The notes: generated by a model from the letters alone, not told the origin. A stretch of 64,000 nucleotides of DNA from Candidatus Multivoradales bacterium (GCA_965223325.1 CBDCWI010000001.1:643917-707916), one strand, 5' to 3'; counted from the first letter of the stretch, positions 18,626 to 29,439 are shown. Numbers and translations are program-made.

Positions 18626-18880
18626 ATGTCCGTTGCAAAAATCACCGAACTCTCCTCGAGCTCGACCAAGAGCTTCGAAGACGCCATCAACAAGGCCATT
18701 GCGCGCGCCGACAAAACCCTCGACAACATTCGCGGCGCCTGGGTCGAGACGATGAAGGTAGACGTCAAGAACGGCAAGGTCTCGGGCTACCGCGTCAACC
18801 TCAAGGTCACCTTCGAGCTCAAGAACCCGACGGCCCGCAAGACCAAGAAGAAGGCCAAGAGGAAGACCAAGCGCAAGTAG
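18626..18880 (+). CDS. Dodecin-family flavin-binding protein with a polybasic (K/R-rich) C-terminal tail
   Basis: Dodecin-like core (...FEDAINKAIARA..TLDNIRGAWVETMKVDV.NGKV.GYRVNLKVTFEL) followed by KNPTARKTKKKAKRKTKRK. RBS aaaggaa. Confidence 0.7.
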   Translation: MSVAKITELSSSSTKSFEDAINKAIARADKTLDNIRGAWVETMKVDVKNGKVSGYRVNLKVTFELKNPTARKTKKKAKRKTKRK

Positions 18881-18936
18881 AGCGCAGTCCGCGACGCGCG
18901 GACACCTGAGAACGGCGCAACCGAGAAAGGAGCGCC

Positions 18937-18973
18937 AATGAGAGCCCCCGCCTCCGAGGGGCTCTCATTGTAG
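18937..18973 (+). terminator. Strong hairpin 3' of dodecin (AATGAGAGCCCC-cgcctccga-GGGGCTCTCATT)
   Basis: 12-bp perfect stem with a 9-nt loop, seen directly. Confidence 0.45.
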
Positions 18974-19030
18974 CCAGGTCTGGTTGTTCCCGAAGGTCGA
19001 ACAACCCTCTCTGCGAGGAACTAAGCTCGG

Positions 19031-19756
19031 GTGATGAGACAGCGCCAGATCGGTACGACCTTCTTCCTCTGCGCGCTCCTCGCAGTCACAGCTGTGGGAG
19101 CCCAAAGCGACGGTTCGAGTAGCACCTACCTCGGTCGGGCAATCGCCGACGTGATGAGTTGGCGGGGTGCCCCCTGGCTCGAACGCGACAGCCGGGTTGC
19201 GGAGGAAGACCCCGATGCGTTGCTCGCCGAGCTACCGCTCGAACCCGGCGACACGGCCGTCGATCTGGGATGCGGCAGCGGCTACTTCGCGCGCCGGATG
19301 TCCAGGTTGGTTGGCGCACCCGGCCGCGTCCTGTGCGTCGATATCCAGCGAGAGATGCTCGAGATTGCGCGCCGCCTGGCCGAAGCAGAGGGCATCAGCA
19401 ACATGGAGTACATCAAGAGCGACTCGACCGATCCGAAACTCGCCCCCGGAAGTGTCGACGTGATGGTGCTGGTCGACGTCTACCACGAGATGGCCGAGCC
19501 GGCCCCGATGCTCGAGGCCATGCATCGCGCCCTCAAACCTGACGGGGTGATCGCGCTGGCCGAGTTTCGGCTGGAGGGCGACAGCGCCGCGCACATCAAG
19601 CTCGAGCACCGCATGTCGGTGGAACAGGTGTTGCGGGAATGGCAAGGCGCCGACTTCAAGCTGCGCCGCCTGATCAACACCCTGCCAACCCAGCACCTTT
19701 TCCTGTTCGAAAGGGCGCCAGTCGAAGAACCTACGAAGGACCTTCTTGACGGTTGA
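19031..19756 (+). CDS. Class I SAM-dependent methyltransferase with an apparent N-terminal signal peptide
   Basis: SAM-binding motif I VDLGCGSGYFA, motif post-I VLCVDI, motif II DVMVLVDVYHE. The N-terminus MMRQRQIGTTFFLCALLAVTAVGAQS looks like a Sec signal. Confidence 0.7.
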   Translation: MMRQRQIGTTFFLCALLAVTAVGAQSDGSSSTYLGRAIADVMSWRGAPWLERDSRVAEEDPDALLAELPLEPGDTAVDLGCGSGYFARRMSRLVGAPGRVLCVDIQREMLEIARRLAEAEGISNMEYIKSDSTDPKLAPGSVDVMVLVDVYHEMAEPAPMLEAMHRALKPDGVIALAEFRLEGDSAAHIKLEHRMSVEQVLREWQGADFKLRRLINTLPTQHLFLFERAPVEEPTKDLLDG

Positions 19757-20732
19757 CGAACTGAGCAACCGCCTCGCCGATCGCCGCCGGCGAGTCTTCC
19801 TGGATGAAGTGTGAGCCGGCGAGGGTGATCTCGAGCTGGTTTGGCCAACGCCGGCAGCGCTCGCGCTGCTTGCCAATCAGGATCGCGCCGGGATCGGCGT
19901 TGATGAACAACTTGGGAAGCTCCTCGGACTGCGCCATGAACTGCTCGTAGCGACCCGCGATCTCGGCGACATCCGCCGGTTCACCCTCGATCGGGATCTC
20001 GCGCGGCCAAGTCAGCGTCGGACGACGCGCCTCACCCGGTTCTTCGAAGCGTCGGCGGTAGACCGTCATTTCACCTTCGGTCAAACCGCGCAGAACGGAA
20101 CCTGGCAGGATGCGCTCGACGAAGAGGTTCTTCTCGAGCACCATCTCCTCGCCAGCCGGTGACCGCATACCCTGGAAGACCCCGCGCGCCGCCTCGGGCC
20201 AGTCCTGCCAATCCTCGATCGGACCGATGATGGCTTCCATGTAGGCGACCCCGGCCACGCGCTCAGGGTGGCGTGCCGTCCAGTCGAACCCGAGTGCCGA
20301 CCCCCAGTCATGAATGACCAGGAAGACGCGTTCGTCCGGCAAGACCGCATCGAACCACGCATCGAGGTAACGACGGTGATCTACGAAGCGGTAACTCCCT
20401 TCGGGGTTGGACCCCGAGTCGCCCATGCCAATCAGGTCAGGCGCCAGGCAGCGATGGGTGGCTTCGACCGGAGTGATCACATTGCGCCACAGGTAGGACG
20501 AGGTCGGGTTGCCGTGCAGGAAGACGACAACCGGTCGACCGGACATGTCGCCGGAAGCGGAACTGGCGGAGGCCGTGTCGACGTAGGCCATCTCGCTGTC
20601 ATGAACCTCGACCCGCAGGCGTGCTCGGCTGTCCTCGGTGGCGATCGGATCCTGTGTACTTTTGCTCAATTGACATGACCTCGGGAAGATGCGGTCTGGA
20701 ACAACGCTCAGCGGTGATTCATTGCGCACCAT
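19731..20732 (-). CDS. dhaA: Haloalkane dehalogenase (alpha/beta-hydrolase fold)
   Basis: Collinear with DhaA: VVFLHGNPTSSYLWRNVI, nucleophile elbow VIHDWGSA, REIPIEGEP, and C-terminal His (GSHFIQEDSP). The true start is uncertain (Met 20732 or Met 20591). Confidence 0.85.
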   Translation of the reverse strand: MVRNESPLSVVPDRIFPRSCQLSKSTQDPIATEDSRARLRVEVHDSEMAYVDTASASSASGDMSGRPVVVFLHGNPTSSYLWRNVITPVEATHRCLAPDLIGMGDSGSNPEGSYRFVDHRRYLDAWFDAVLPDERVFLVIHDWGSALGFDWTARHPERVAGVAYMEAIIGPIEDWQDWPEAARGVFQGMRSPAGEEMVLEKNLFVERILPGSVLRGLTEGEMTVYRRRFEEPGEARRPTLTWPREIPIEGEPADVAEIAGRYEQFMAQSEELPKLFINADPGAILIGKQRERCRRWPNQLEITLAGSHFIQEDSPAAIGEAVAQFVNRQEGPS

Positions 20733-20889
20733 ACCAACCCGTGGGGCACCACTTCGAGAGCTGCGGGACCAAGCAGCATGGTCCCATCGAGCGGCCGCCG
20801 CTCCACTAAGATCCCGTCAAGACATCGCAGGTACAACACGCCAGCTTTTCAATTGGGGAACCGTCCCCACTCCTCGGGAGCCTTCTCTG

Positions 20890-23154
20890 ATGACGACTAT
20901 CGGCAAGTCCATTCCGCTGCTCGAAGGGCCAGCCAAAGTTCGCGGTGCGCTGGCCTTCGGCGGCGACCTCCATCGTCATGGCCTCCTCCACGCCCGCCTG
21001 GTCACCAGCCCGCACGCCCACGCGCGCGTGACTGGGATCGCGACCGCCGAGGCGCTCGACGTACCGGGAGTCGATAGCGTCCTCACCGGAGCCGACCTGC
21101 CCGAGGTTCCCCCGAATAGCCGCGGCAACCTCCTGCTGGCACGAGACCGTGTGTTGTTCGTCGGGCACCCCGTCGCGCTGGTTCTCGCCGAGTCGGAAGC
21201 GGCGGCAGAGGACGGTGCCGAGAGGGTGTTCGCTGACTACGACCTCCTGCCGGCTGCAACCGACCTCGACGCGGCGCTGGCTCCCGACGGGCCAGCGGTG
21301 TGGCCCGACGGACTGCCCGGCCAGTCCGCCGAGGCGGCCGCGCACGGTGCATCGGGTCCCGACAACGAGGAGTCGGTTGACCATGGGTCTCACAACATCG
21401 CCGCCACGGTCGAGCTCCCCCGAGGCGACCTTGACGCGGGCTTTGAAGCCGCCGCCCTGATCGTCGAACGCACCTTCGATACGCAGGCCGTTCACCAGGG
21501 CTATCTCGAGCCTCATTTGGCGATGGCCGAGATCGACCCCGGCGGGCAATCGGCGACGATCTGGAGCAGCACCCAGGCAACCCACTATGTGCGTGACTCG
21601 GTCGCCGACGTCCTCGGACTGCCCCATACCGCAGTGCGCGCTATCGGTACGCCGGTCGGCGGCGGGTTTGGGGGCAAGTTCCTGCTCTACGAACCGCTGG
21701 TGGCGCTCGCAGCGCGTCATGCGGGTCGTCCCGTGCGCTGTGTTCTCACCCGTTTCGAAGAAATGGTGGCGGCAACGCCGGCCCCCGCGACCCGAGTAGA
21801 CATCAAGGCGGGAGTCACCGCCGAGGGAGCTCTGACCGCACTCGAAGCGACCCTGTGGATGGACAACGGCTGTTTCCCGAACTCGATGGGTATCCTCGCT
21901 GGTGTCTTGCTGGGGAGCGCATACCAGGCACCCAACCAGCTGGTTCGAGGCATCGAAGTGCTAACTCACAAGAGTTCGGTCGGGGCCTATCGCGCACCCT
22001 GCGCACCTCAGTGCTGCTTTGCGCTCGAGTCGGTCATGGACGAAATCGCCAAACGGCTGGAGATGGATCCCATCGCTCTGCGGCGCTTGAATGCCTCCGA
22101 GCCCGGTCAACCCATGGCGATGGGCAACCCCTGGCCCTCGATGGGAATGAAGGAGGTGCTCGAAGCCCTCGAAGAGCACGACGCCTGGCAAGGCCGCACG
22201 GCGGCACGGGCTCGCGGTCGTGGGGTGGGAATCGCTGTTGGCGGCTGGCCCGGCGGCACCGAGCCCGCCGCAGCAGCCTGCGCCCTCCAGAACGACGGCA
22301 CGCTGCAGGTCCACGTTGGTTCGGTCGATCTCACCGGTACCGATACAGCGATCGCCGCCATGGCGGCCGAAGCCTTCGGCGTCGACGTCGCAGAGGTGCA
22401 GTTGGTGCGCGGCGATACCGCCACCGCTCCCTTCGCGGGTGCCACCGGCGGCAGCAAGATCCTCTACACGGTAGGGCCGGCGGTGCTCGAGGCCGCCGAG
22501 CAGGCACGCCATCAGACCCTCGAACTGGCAGCCAAGAAGCTCGAAGCGGCGGTTGAGGACCTCGAAATCCAGAACGGCCAGGTGCAGGTCAAGGGCTCCC
22601 CAGATCGCGGTCTCGCGCTGGCCAGACTCGCCGCCAGCACGATGCACTACGGGGCCAAGCAGGCGCCGATCTACGGTCACGGCCGCCACGCCCAACAACA
22701 GAACGCACCCGGCTTCTGCGCTCAGCTGGCGGAGGTCGAAGTCGATTCCGAGACCGGCCGGGTCATCGTGCACCGCCTGGTCGTCGTTCAGGACGTTGGC
22801 AGGAGTATCAACCCGCTGATGATCGAAGGCCAAATGGCCGGCGGCGCAATTCAGGGAGTCGGTTGGGCTCTGTACGAAGGAATGTCGTGGGATGAGGACG
22901 GCCAGATCGTCACCGGCTCGCTCTTCGACTACACCCTGCCCGATGCCGGTCAGACACCGCGCCACCTCGAGTTGGTTCGGGTCGAGGTACCGGCTCCCAC
23001 CGGACCCTTCGGCGCCCGGGGGGTCGGCGAGCCGCCGGTGATTCCGACCGCAGCGGCGATCGCCAACGCGATTGCCGACGCCACCGGAGGCCGGCCGGAG
23101 TCCCTGCCGATGACTCCGGGGCGGGTGCGCGAGCTCGCGACCCAGACCGACTGA
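20890..23154 (+). CDS. Xanthine dehydrogenase / aldehyde oxidase family molybdopterin-binding large subunit (CoxL/XdhB-like), orphan
   Basis: Ald_Xan_dh_C/C2 signatures (GGGFGGKF, ...QGYLEPH..., AYRAP). No adjacent 2Fe-2S or FAD subunit genes. Start chosen at MTTIGKS. Confidence 0.85.
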   Translation: MTTIGKSIPLLEGPAKVRGALAFGGDLHRHGLLHARLVTSPHAHARVTGIATAEALDVPGVDSVLTGADLPEVPPNSRGNLLLARDRVLFVGHPVALVLAESEAAAEDGAERVFADYDLLPAATDLDAALAPDGPAVWPDGLPGQSAEAAAHGASGPDNEESVDHGSHNIAATVELPRGDLDAGFEAAALIVERTFDTQAVHQGYLEPHLAMAEIDPGGQSATIWSSTQATHYVRDSVADVLGLPHTAVRAIGTPVGGGFGGKFLLYEPLVALAARHAGRPVRCVLTRFEEMVAATPAPATRVDIKAGVTAEGALTALEATLWMDNGCFPNSMGILAGVLLGSAYQAPNQLVRGIEVLTHKSSVGAYRAPCAPQCCFALESVMDEIAKRLEMDPIALRRLNASEPGQPMAMGNPWPSMGMKEVLEALEEHDAWQGRTAARARGRGVGIAVGGWPGGTEPAAAACALQNDGTLQVHVGSVDLTGTDTAIAAMAAEAFGVDVAEVQLVRGDTATAPFAGATGGSKILYTVGPAVLEAAEQARHQTLELAAKKLEAAVEDLEIQNGQVQVKGSPDRGLALARLAASTMHYGAKQAPIYGHGRHAQQQNAPGFCAQLAEVEVDSETGRVIVHRLVVVQDVGRSINPLMIEGQMAGGAIQGVGWALYEGMSWDEDGQIVTGSLFDYTLPDAGQTPRHLELVRVEVPAPTGPFGARGVGEPPVIPTAAAIANAIADATGGRPESLPMTPGRVRELATQTD

Positions 23155-23554
23155 AGTCGGGCCGACTCAATCCGCAGGTTTCACTTCAGGACAGGGGTGC
23201 GTAGCGCTCTCTTACTGCTCTGCCTTGGACAATATTCGTCGCTTTCCTCTCTTTTCCAGATATGATGAGTGACTGCTCCGGCCCACCCCCAGCGGCCGCG
23301 CCACATGCCGCCCAAGGCGAGCCAAGAATCTCTTCCCCTTCCCTGGCCTCAGGTCACGCCAACCTCACCAGGCTGGCAAGAAACCTGCAAAAACCCTCTT
23401 GTCACCTCCGATTCGTTCCGAGGCGGCCCAGGCCCCGACGGTGCGAGCGGTTCAAAGAAGTGCACAGGCAGGCCCTCTGACCCTCCTGTGCCGAATCCAG
23501 GTGGCGATCGCAGCGCTCGAGAGCACATTCATCCAAGAGACCTTCAGCCAGCGC

Positions 23555-23896
23555 ATGACTTTCGATCAAGTAGCCCTGCTCGCCCACGTCGACGGCGACA
23601 TCGAACTGCTCGGTGAGATCATCGAGTTGTTCCGCCAGGACACTCCCCGGACCCTCCTTCGACTCCGCGAAGCCCTCGACGACGAGGAAGGAGAGGCTGT
23701 CTGGCAGCAGGCTCACGCTCTCAAGGGCGCCGTGGCAAACTTCGCAGCGAGTAGCGCGCACGAACTGGCGCTGCACATCGAGAACGCCGGCCGCGCCGGC
23801 GACCTCGGCACCGCGGCGCGCCACACCGAGGCCCTCGCGATCGAAATCGAGGCACTGCTCACAGATCTCGATCGCTGGGTCGCAGAACTCTCCTGA
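23555..23896 (+). CDS. Hpt (histidine phosphotransfer) domain protein
   Basis: HALKGAVANFAA contains the phospho-accepting His in a four-helix-bundle context. An alternative upstream start lies at 23399. Confidence 0.7.
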   Translation: MTFDQVALLAHVDGDIELLGEIIELFRQDTPRTLLRLREALDDEEGEAVWQQAHALKGAVANFAASSAHELALHIENAGRAGDLGTAARHTEALAIEIEALLTDLDRWVAELS

Positions 23897-24020
23897 AGCC
23901 GCCCTGGGGCCTCCCGCGGCCCTGGGGGCCTCCCGATTCCACCGTGGCCTCCCGGAGTGGCCTTTGTGGTGATAGGTATGTTCCGGCGCGCTCGGCCCAT
24001 CATGCGCTCTGAAGCTAGTC

Positions 24021-26453
24021 GTGAACCTGAGATCTCGAAACCTACTGGATGCAGACGTCAGTGGCGAAGCCGCGTTGACTTCGTTCGCGCTCGATCCATC
24101 TGACGCCGCACAGCGCAAGTCGCGGCGCCTCTACCGCTTCAACGTCTTCGTCGTTCCCCGCCTGCGGGTATTCGGCATGGGGCTGGCGGCGGCACTGATT
24201 CTGCTCTACGACCTGACGTCGCCGCGCGTCTTCGACCCGGCGCGCTACACCCTGCTGCTCGGCTTCATCGCCTTCTACTCGATCGCCTCGTGGTGGGGGC
24301 TCTACCGCTTCTACTCACGTACGGGAAGCCTCGACCTCGCCTTCGCCTTCCTGGTCGCCGACGTGGCCGTCATGTTGGCGGTCATCCAGTACCTCGACGG
24401 CACCTTCACCTGGCTTCCCATGGTGCTCCTCATCCGAGTTGCCGATCAAACCGGCGGCGGCTTCGCGCGCACCTTCCTCTTCGCTCACATCGTGCTGGCT
24501 GGCTACCTGGGGCTGGTGGGCTTGACCTGGCTGAGCCTCGGCGACGTGCCATGGGGGCCGGTGCTGGTGAACTCTTCGTTTCTCTATCTGCTCGGCACGT
24601 ACATCGCCGTGACCGCGCGCACCAATGAGCATTTGCGGGCGCGCACCTCGGCCGCGGTCCACGCCGCACGTCGCCTCGTGCTGCGCCTGGAAGACCAGAA
24701 CCAGCGCCTCGAGGATCAGGCTCGGGAGCTCGAGCGCTCTCGTCGGCGGGCCGAGCAGGCAAGCAGTGCCAAGAGCCTTTTCCTCGCCAACATGAGCCAC
24801 GAGATTCGCACGCCGATGAACGGCATCCTCGGCATGACGGAGTTGACCCTCGATACCGAGCTCGACGAAAGCCAGCGCGGCTACCTCAAGATCGTGCGCA
24901 GCTCGGCGGAATCACTGCTCAACCTGCTCAATGACATCCTCGACTTCTCGAAGGTCGAAGCGGGAAAGCTCGACATCGAGCATCTCGACTTTCGTCTGCG
25001 CGACACGGTCTCCGACACCAACTCGATGTTGCAGGTGCGCGCCACCCTCAAGGGGCTTTCTTATCAAGAGCGCATCGACGAGCGGGTGCCCGACCGGTTG
25101 ATCGGTGATCCAGCGCGCGTTCGTCAGCTGCTGGTCAACCTGGTCGGTAACGCCATCAAGTTCACCGAGGAAGGGCATATCACGGTGTCAGTCGACCTCG
25201 ACGACGACGAGCAGTTGATTCGACCCGGCGAGGTGGTCCAAATCCACTTCGCGGTCACCGATAGCGGTATTGGGATCCCCGAGGAGAAGCTGCAGCAGAT
25301 CTTCGCCGCCTTCACCCAGGCCGACGCTTCGACCACCCGGCGCTACGGCGGCACCGGCCTGGGTCTGTCGATTTCACGACAGCTGGTCGAACTCATGGAG
25401 GGGCGGATCTGGGCGGAGAGCGAGCCCGGTGAGGGTTCGAGCTTTCACTTCGTGCTGCCGTTCGAGGTCGCGCGCGCCGAACAGGTCACCACCGAGCGCG
25501 AACCAACCGTCACCATGGCACTGCAGCGTCACCGGGTTCTGGTCGTCGAAACGGGGAAGTCCAAGACCTCGGAGTCCTTGCGTGACGTGCTGCGCGGGTG
25601 GAACGTTGCTGCGACTTCGGTGCCTACGGACCGCGACGCCTCGGAATCGGTGAGTGCCGCTGCCGGCGACCCGACTCGTGCGTTCGACCTGGTGGTCATC
25701 GATGCCCAGACGCACCATCTCGATGGTTTTCTGGTCGCGGCGCGGTTGCGCGATCCCAAGCACACAGCCACCACCGATCTTCCCATCATCCTTCTGACTG
25801 CGGCGGGCCAGCGCGGCGATGCGGCGCGCTGCCGTGAACTCGAAATCGACGCCTACCTGACCCGTCCGGTCGAGAGATCTGAACTGCTTCAGGCACTCCA
25901 GGTCGTCATTCAGCGCCCCCGCGAAGAGCGCGACGCGCTCATCACCCGCCACGAGCTGCGTGAGTTGCGTCCTCAGCTGCGCGTCCTCCTGGTCGAGGAC
26001 AACGCGGTCAATCAGCGGCTCGCCCAGCGCATGCTCGAGAAGGGCGGCTACTGGGTCGAGCTGGCGGCCAACGGCGTCGACGCCGTCGAGATGTTCCAAA
26101 ACCGCGAATACGACATCGTCCTCATGGACGTTCAAATGCCCGAGATGGACGGTCATCAAGCGACTGCGCGCATCCGTGAGCTCGAGGAGGGCACCGGCGA
26201 GCATATTCCGATCGTCGCGATGACGGCGCACGCCATGAAGGGCGACCGCGAACGCTGTCTGGAAGCAGGCATGGACGACTACCTCGCCAAGCCGATCCGG
26301 TCAGACGCTCTCTATGCCGTCCTCGAGCACTTCTTCCCCGACGATACCCAGCGCCGACTCGACGAACGGCGACTACGTCGCGGCAGCATCGCGGATCGTG
26401 GCTCAAAGGAGTTTCTCCTCGAGGAGGAGTCCGAGAGCAGCAGCTCTGCTTGA
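24021..26453 (+). CDS. Hybrid sensor histidine kinase with an N-terminal 6-TM membrane domain, HisKA, HATPase_c and two receiver domains
   Basis: H-box [19 protein letters not shown]1 and G2 boxes ([25 protein letters not shown]). Second REC with [11 protein letters not shown]...D...K. Confidence 0.85.
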   Translation: MNLRSRNLLDADVSGEAALTSFALDPSDAAQRKSRRLYRFNVFVVPRLRVFGMGLAAALILLYDLTSPRVFDPARYTLLLGFIAFYSIASWWGLYRFYSRTGSLDLAFAFLVADVAVMLAVIQYLDGTFTWLPMVLLIRVADQTGGGFARTFLFAHIVLAGYLGLVGLTWLSLGDVPWGPVLVNSSFLYLLGTYIAVTARTNEHLRARTSAAVHAARRLVLRLEDQNQRLEDQARELERSRRRAEQASSAKSLFLANMSHEIRTPMNGILGMTELTLDTELDESQRGYLKIVRSSAESLLNLLNDILDFSKVEAGKLDIEHLDFRLRDTVSDTNSMLQVRATLKGLSYQERIDERVPDRLIGDPARVRQLLVNLVGNAIKFTEEGHITVSVDLDDDEQLIRPGEVVQIHFAVTDSGIGIPEEKLQQIFAAFTQADASTTRRYGGTGLGLSISRQLVELMEGRIWAESEPGEGSSFHFVLPFEVARAEQVTTEREPTVTMALQRHRVLVVETGKSKTSESLRDVLRGWNVAATSVPTDRDASESVSAAAGDPTRAFDLVVIDAQTHHLDGFLVAARLRDPKHTATTDLPIILLTAAGQRGDAARCRELEIDAYLTRPVERSELLQALQVVIQRPREERDALITRHELRELRPQLRVLLVEDNAVNQRLAQRMLEKGGYWVELAANGVDAVEMFQNREYDIVLMDVQMPEMDGHQATARIRELEEGTGEHIPIVAMTAHAMKGDRERCLEAGMDDYLAKPIRSDALYAVLEHFFPDDTQRRLDERRLRRGSIADRGSKEFLLEEESESSSSA

Positions 26454-26476
26454 GCCCGCGTTGCTAGCATCCACGG

Positions 26477-28744
26477 GTGAAAAGGGGTACAAGGGCCACG
26501 TTTCTTCTTCTCGGGCTGGCGAGCCTGTGCTCGCTGCTCGGCTACCTGGCGTTCAGGCGTCTGGGATCTGAACTCGGGCTGTTAGCCGGTACGGTGCCGC
26601 TGGCCATCGCCATGGTCTGGCGAGCGGTCGACCTGCGTGACCCGGGCCCGGCTACCGGCATGGCGCTTGGCAACCGGCGGCTGGCGATGGTCTGGGCGGT
26701 ATTGGGTGTCCTCGCGCTCGGGCTCGCCTGTCAGGCGTTCGGAGTTCAAGCCGCGAAGCGCCCGGTGAGTATTGCGCTGGTGTCGCTTCTTCTTCTAGCG
26801 ACGCTCTTCGAGGTAGCTCGCCTCACAGTGCAACTTCGTGAGGCGTCGGCTGATGGTCGACCGGCGCCGTGGATCTTCTTTCTCGTTCCATTGCTGGTCT
26901 ACCTGGCGCTCGACCCCTGGTTGTTGGCGCAGCGCCCGCCGGACGGCGACGAGCCCTGGTACCTGCTGCTCACCCACTCGATCGCCTTCGACGCCGACAT
27001 CGACCTCGAGAACCAGTACGAGGAGCGTCACTGGCGGTACTTCATGGAGCGCGAGATCGCTCCGCAACCAGGCGACCCAACCGGCCCTGACGGTGAAATG
27101 TACTCCCGTCACGACGCCCTGCTGCCCGTTCTGTTGGCGCCGTTCTACCGATTCGCGGGGCTGTCGGGGGTCGTCTTCGTGATGTCTCTCCTGAGCGCGC
27201 TCCTGGCACTCTTTTCGCTCCGACTCGCACAGCGCTACCTGAAGCGTGAACCGGGCGCGGCTGTTCTTGCCTGGTGGGTCTTGGCAATGACCCCGCCTCT
27301 GGTTCTCTATGCCCACCAGGTGTGGGTCGAGGTGCCGGCAGCCCTCCTTCTGGTGGTTGCTCTGCTCGTGATCGATCGGCTGCGCCATCAGGCCCCCACG
27401 CGCGGCGACCTCGCCGCGCTAGCGGTTCTCCTGGTCACGCTGCCGCTTCTCAAGCTGCGCTTCGTGCTCGTATCGGCGGGGCTGGCAGCGTTGGTCGCGG
27501 TGACCTTGTGGAGGGGCCGGAGGGAGCGCCAAGGCTGGGCCCCTGGAACGCGTGTCGCTTTAGCGGCGGCTCTGATCGTTCTGGCGACGGCCGGCGCAGC
27601 GCTCCTGGCCTACAACCAGAGAACGTTTGGCAACCCCCTCAAGATCCATCGCGCGGAAGACTTCGCTCTCGCCGGCCTGCCGCTCGGGCGCCTCGTCGAA
27701 GGTGGCCTCGGACTGTTCTGGGACGCGGGATTCGGCCTGTTGGCCGCTTCCCCCATCTGGCTGGTCGTCCTTCCCGCCATCATCCTCGTCTGGCGAGGTC
27801 GCTCGTCACTCTTTGGAGACCTTGTACTCGCCGTTGGGCCCTACCTTCTCGCGGTGACCACGCGCACCGAATGGTACGGCGGCTGGTCACCACCTTTTCG
27901 CTACGGACTCGTCGCCCTTCCGATCCTCACAGGGATGCTGGCCTTCGCCTTCACCCGCCGTCGCCAACCTCCGGCGCGCCTCTTGATCGCCCCACTCTTC
28001 GCCTCGAGCGTCATGATCGGCGCGCTCTACCTGGCCGAACCCGGCTGGACATTCAATCTCGCCGACGGCAGAAACCACGCCATCTCGGCGATCGAGGCGC
28101 GAACCAGTGTGGAGGTCACGCATCTCTTGCCGAGCTACGTGCGTCCGCGCCTGGCGAGCTGGATCTGGCCATCGGTTCTCGCACTGCTTTCCTGTCTGCT
28201 GATCCTGCCGCGTCGGGCGTCAACGTTCCGGCTCCCGAGGGCCACAGCAACGCCTGAAGCCCTCGGACTGAGCGTCTGCCTGCTGGCCGCAGGTTGTTTG
28301 CTGCGGGTTGCAGCCGCGCAGACGACGCAGACCATTGAGCCGGAATCGAGCGCCGTAAGGAAGTCCGGCGGGCAGAGGGACCCTGAACGTTGGATGTGGA
28401 ACCGTCGGCGCTTCGACGAAAGCTGGGTGCTGGCCGAAGGGCAAAGACTCGAAGCGCGGGTCCGACCGGCTTCGGAGAACGTAGCTCTCGTGCTCCGCTT
28501 GCGGGCGATCCACAACCATCCCCATGGACTGGTGCTGCGCGTGCTGGCGGGTGACCTCGAGGTTGCACGCTTTGACGCCGGACCACCCGAACTCTGGCAT
28601 CCGCGGCACATCGCACCGTTCACCTGGCAGGACGGCGATGCGCTGGTGGTGGAAGTGCTACCGACCCCGCGCGAGCACACGGAGGGCGAAGTTCCGGTGG
28701 TCAACGGAGTCGCGATCGACCACATCGAGCTCGACTGGCGTTGA
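26477..28744 (+). CDS. Large polytopic membrane protein, probable GT-C fold glycosyltransferase (GT39/GT83 ArnT/PMT-like)
   Basis: At least 12 predicted TM helices. A DEPWY motif sits in the first extracytoplasmic loop, followed by a soluble C-terminal domain of about 200 aa. Start uncertain. Confidence 0.5.
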   Translation: MKRGTRATFLLLGLASLCSLLGYLAFRRLGSELGLLAGTVPLAIAMVWRAVDLRDPGPATGMALGNRRLAMVWAVLGVLALGLACQAFGVQAAKRPVSIALVSLLLLATLFEVARLTVQLREASADGRPAPWIFFLVPLLVYLALDPWLLAQRPPDGDEPWYLLLTHSIAFDADIDLENQYEERHWRYFMEREIAPQPGDPTGPDGEMYSRHDALLPVLLAPFYRFAGLSGVVFVMSLLSALLALFSLRLAQRYLKREPGAAVLAWWVLAMTPPLVLYAHQVWVEVPAALLLVVALLVIDRLRHQAPTRGDLAALAVLLVTLPLLKLRFVLVSAGLAALVAVTLWRGRRERQGWAPGTRVALAAALIVLATAGAALLAYNQRTFGNPLKIHRAEDFALAGLPLGRLVEGGLGLFWDAGFGLLAASPIWLVVLPAIILVWRGRSSLFGDLVLAVGPYLLAVTTRTEWYGGWSPPFRYGLVALPILTGMLAFAFTRRRQPPARLLIAPLFASSVMIGALYLAEPGWTFNLADGRNHAISAIEARTSVEVTHLLPSYVRPRLASWIWPSVLALLSCLLILPRRASTFRLPRATATPEALGLSVCLLAAGCLLRVAAAQTTQTIEPESSAVRKSGGQRDPERWMWNRRRFDESWVLAEGQRLEARVRPASENVALVLRLRAIHNHPHGLVLRVLAGDLEVARFDAGPPELWHPRHIAPFTWQDGDALVVEVLPTPREHTEGEVPVVNGVAIDHIELDWR

Positions 28745-29439
28745 GAGACTTCCAACAGCGCGCGGTAGAAGTGCGCGGCGAGTCGTCGCCAGGAGGACGA
28801 GAGGTTCGGTCTTCTCTTGGGGGAGCGATGGGGGGGTGCCGGAGGCCGGCAAGCCTGGGGAAGGCTATGGGGGGAGGGAAAGAGGAAAGAAACGGGCGGG
28901 TGGCTCTTTCAGGGGTAGGTTGTGCGGATTGACTTCGTGTGGTTACCGAAGATTGGGGTGGGAGTCCAGGTGGGATGAAGCCACTTTCTGACTTCTCGTG
29001 GTAGGACGTGGTTGGCTGGAGAACCTCCCCGCTTGGCGTTTCCTCTTGTCCTTGCCCTGCTGCAGGGTGCGTGCCAGGATCGCCACGGCCTATCGCCAAG
29101 TTCTATATCTGCATTGTGACAGTTGCAAGCAGCGGCACAAAACCGGGGCCTCTCGCAGAACATAGCGGTGGATCTTTCTTCAAAAGCGGATGAATCGTAG
29201 TTAATTCTCGCGTCTGATAACTAGCAAACTGGCACTATCTGGCAATACACCGCGCCTGACGGTGACATGGTTTGTCACTCAGAACCACTCCTCTTTCAAC
29301 CCTCTTGCACCGTTTCGCATCTCGAGGCGCGCCGAAACGAAGCGCCAGGCGCCCAGCTCGCGGCCAGCAGAAGTCCTTCAGTGGGGACATGGTGGTCAGC
29401 TGGGCGCCGCAGGTGGAGCTCTCCCTCCATCCCCTGGGG

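Noticed and set aside
28840-28990. Purine-rich segment (gggagggaaagaggaaagaaacgggcgggtggctc) considered as a possible RNase P RNA or tmRNA fragment
   Set aside because: It lacks the conserved cores I would expect, such as AGGAAAGUCCGGGCUCC for RNase P, or the tRNA-like ends and tag ORF for tmRNA. It is probably just a low-complexity intergenic sequence.
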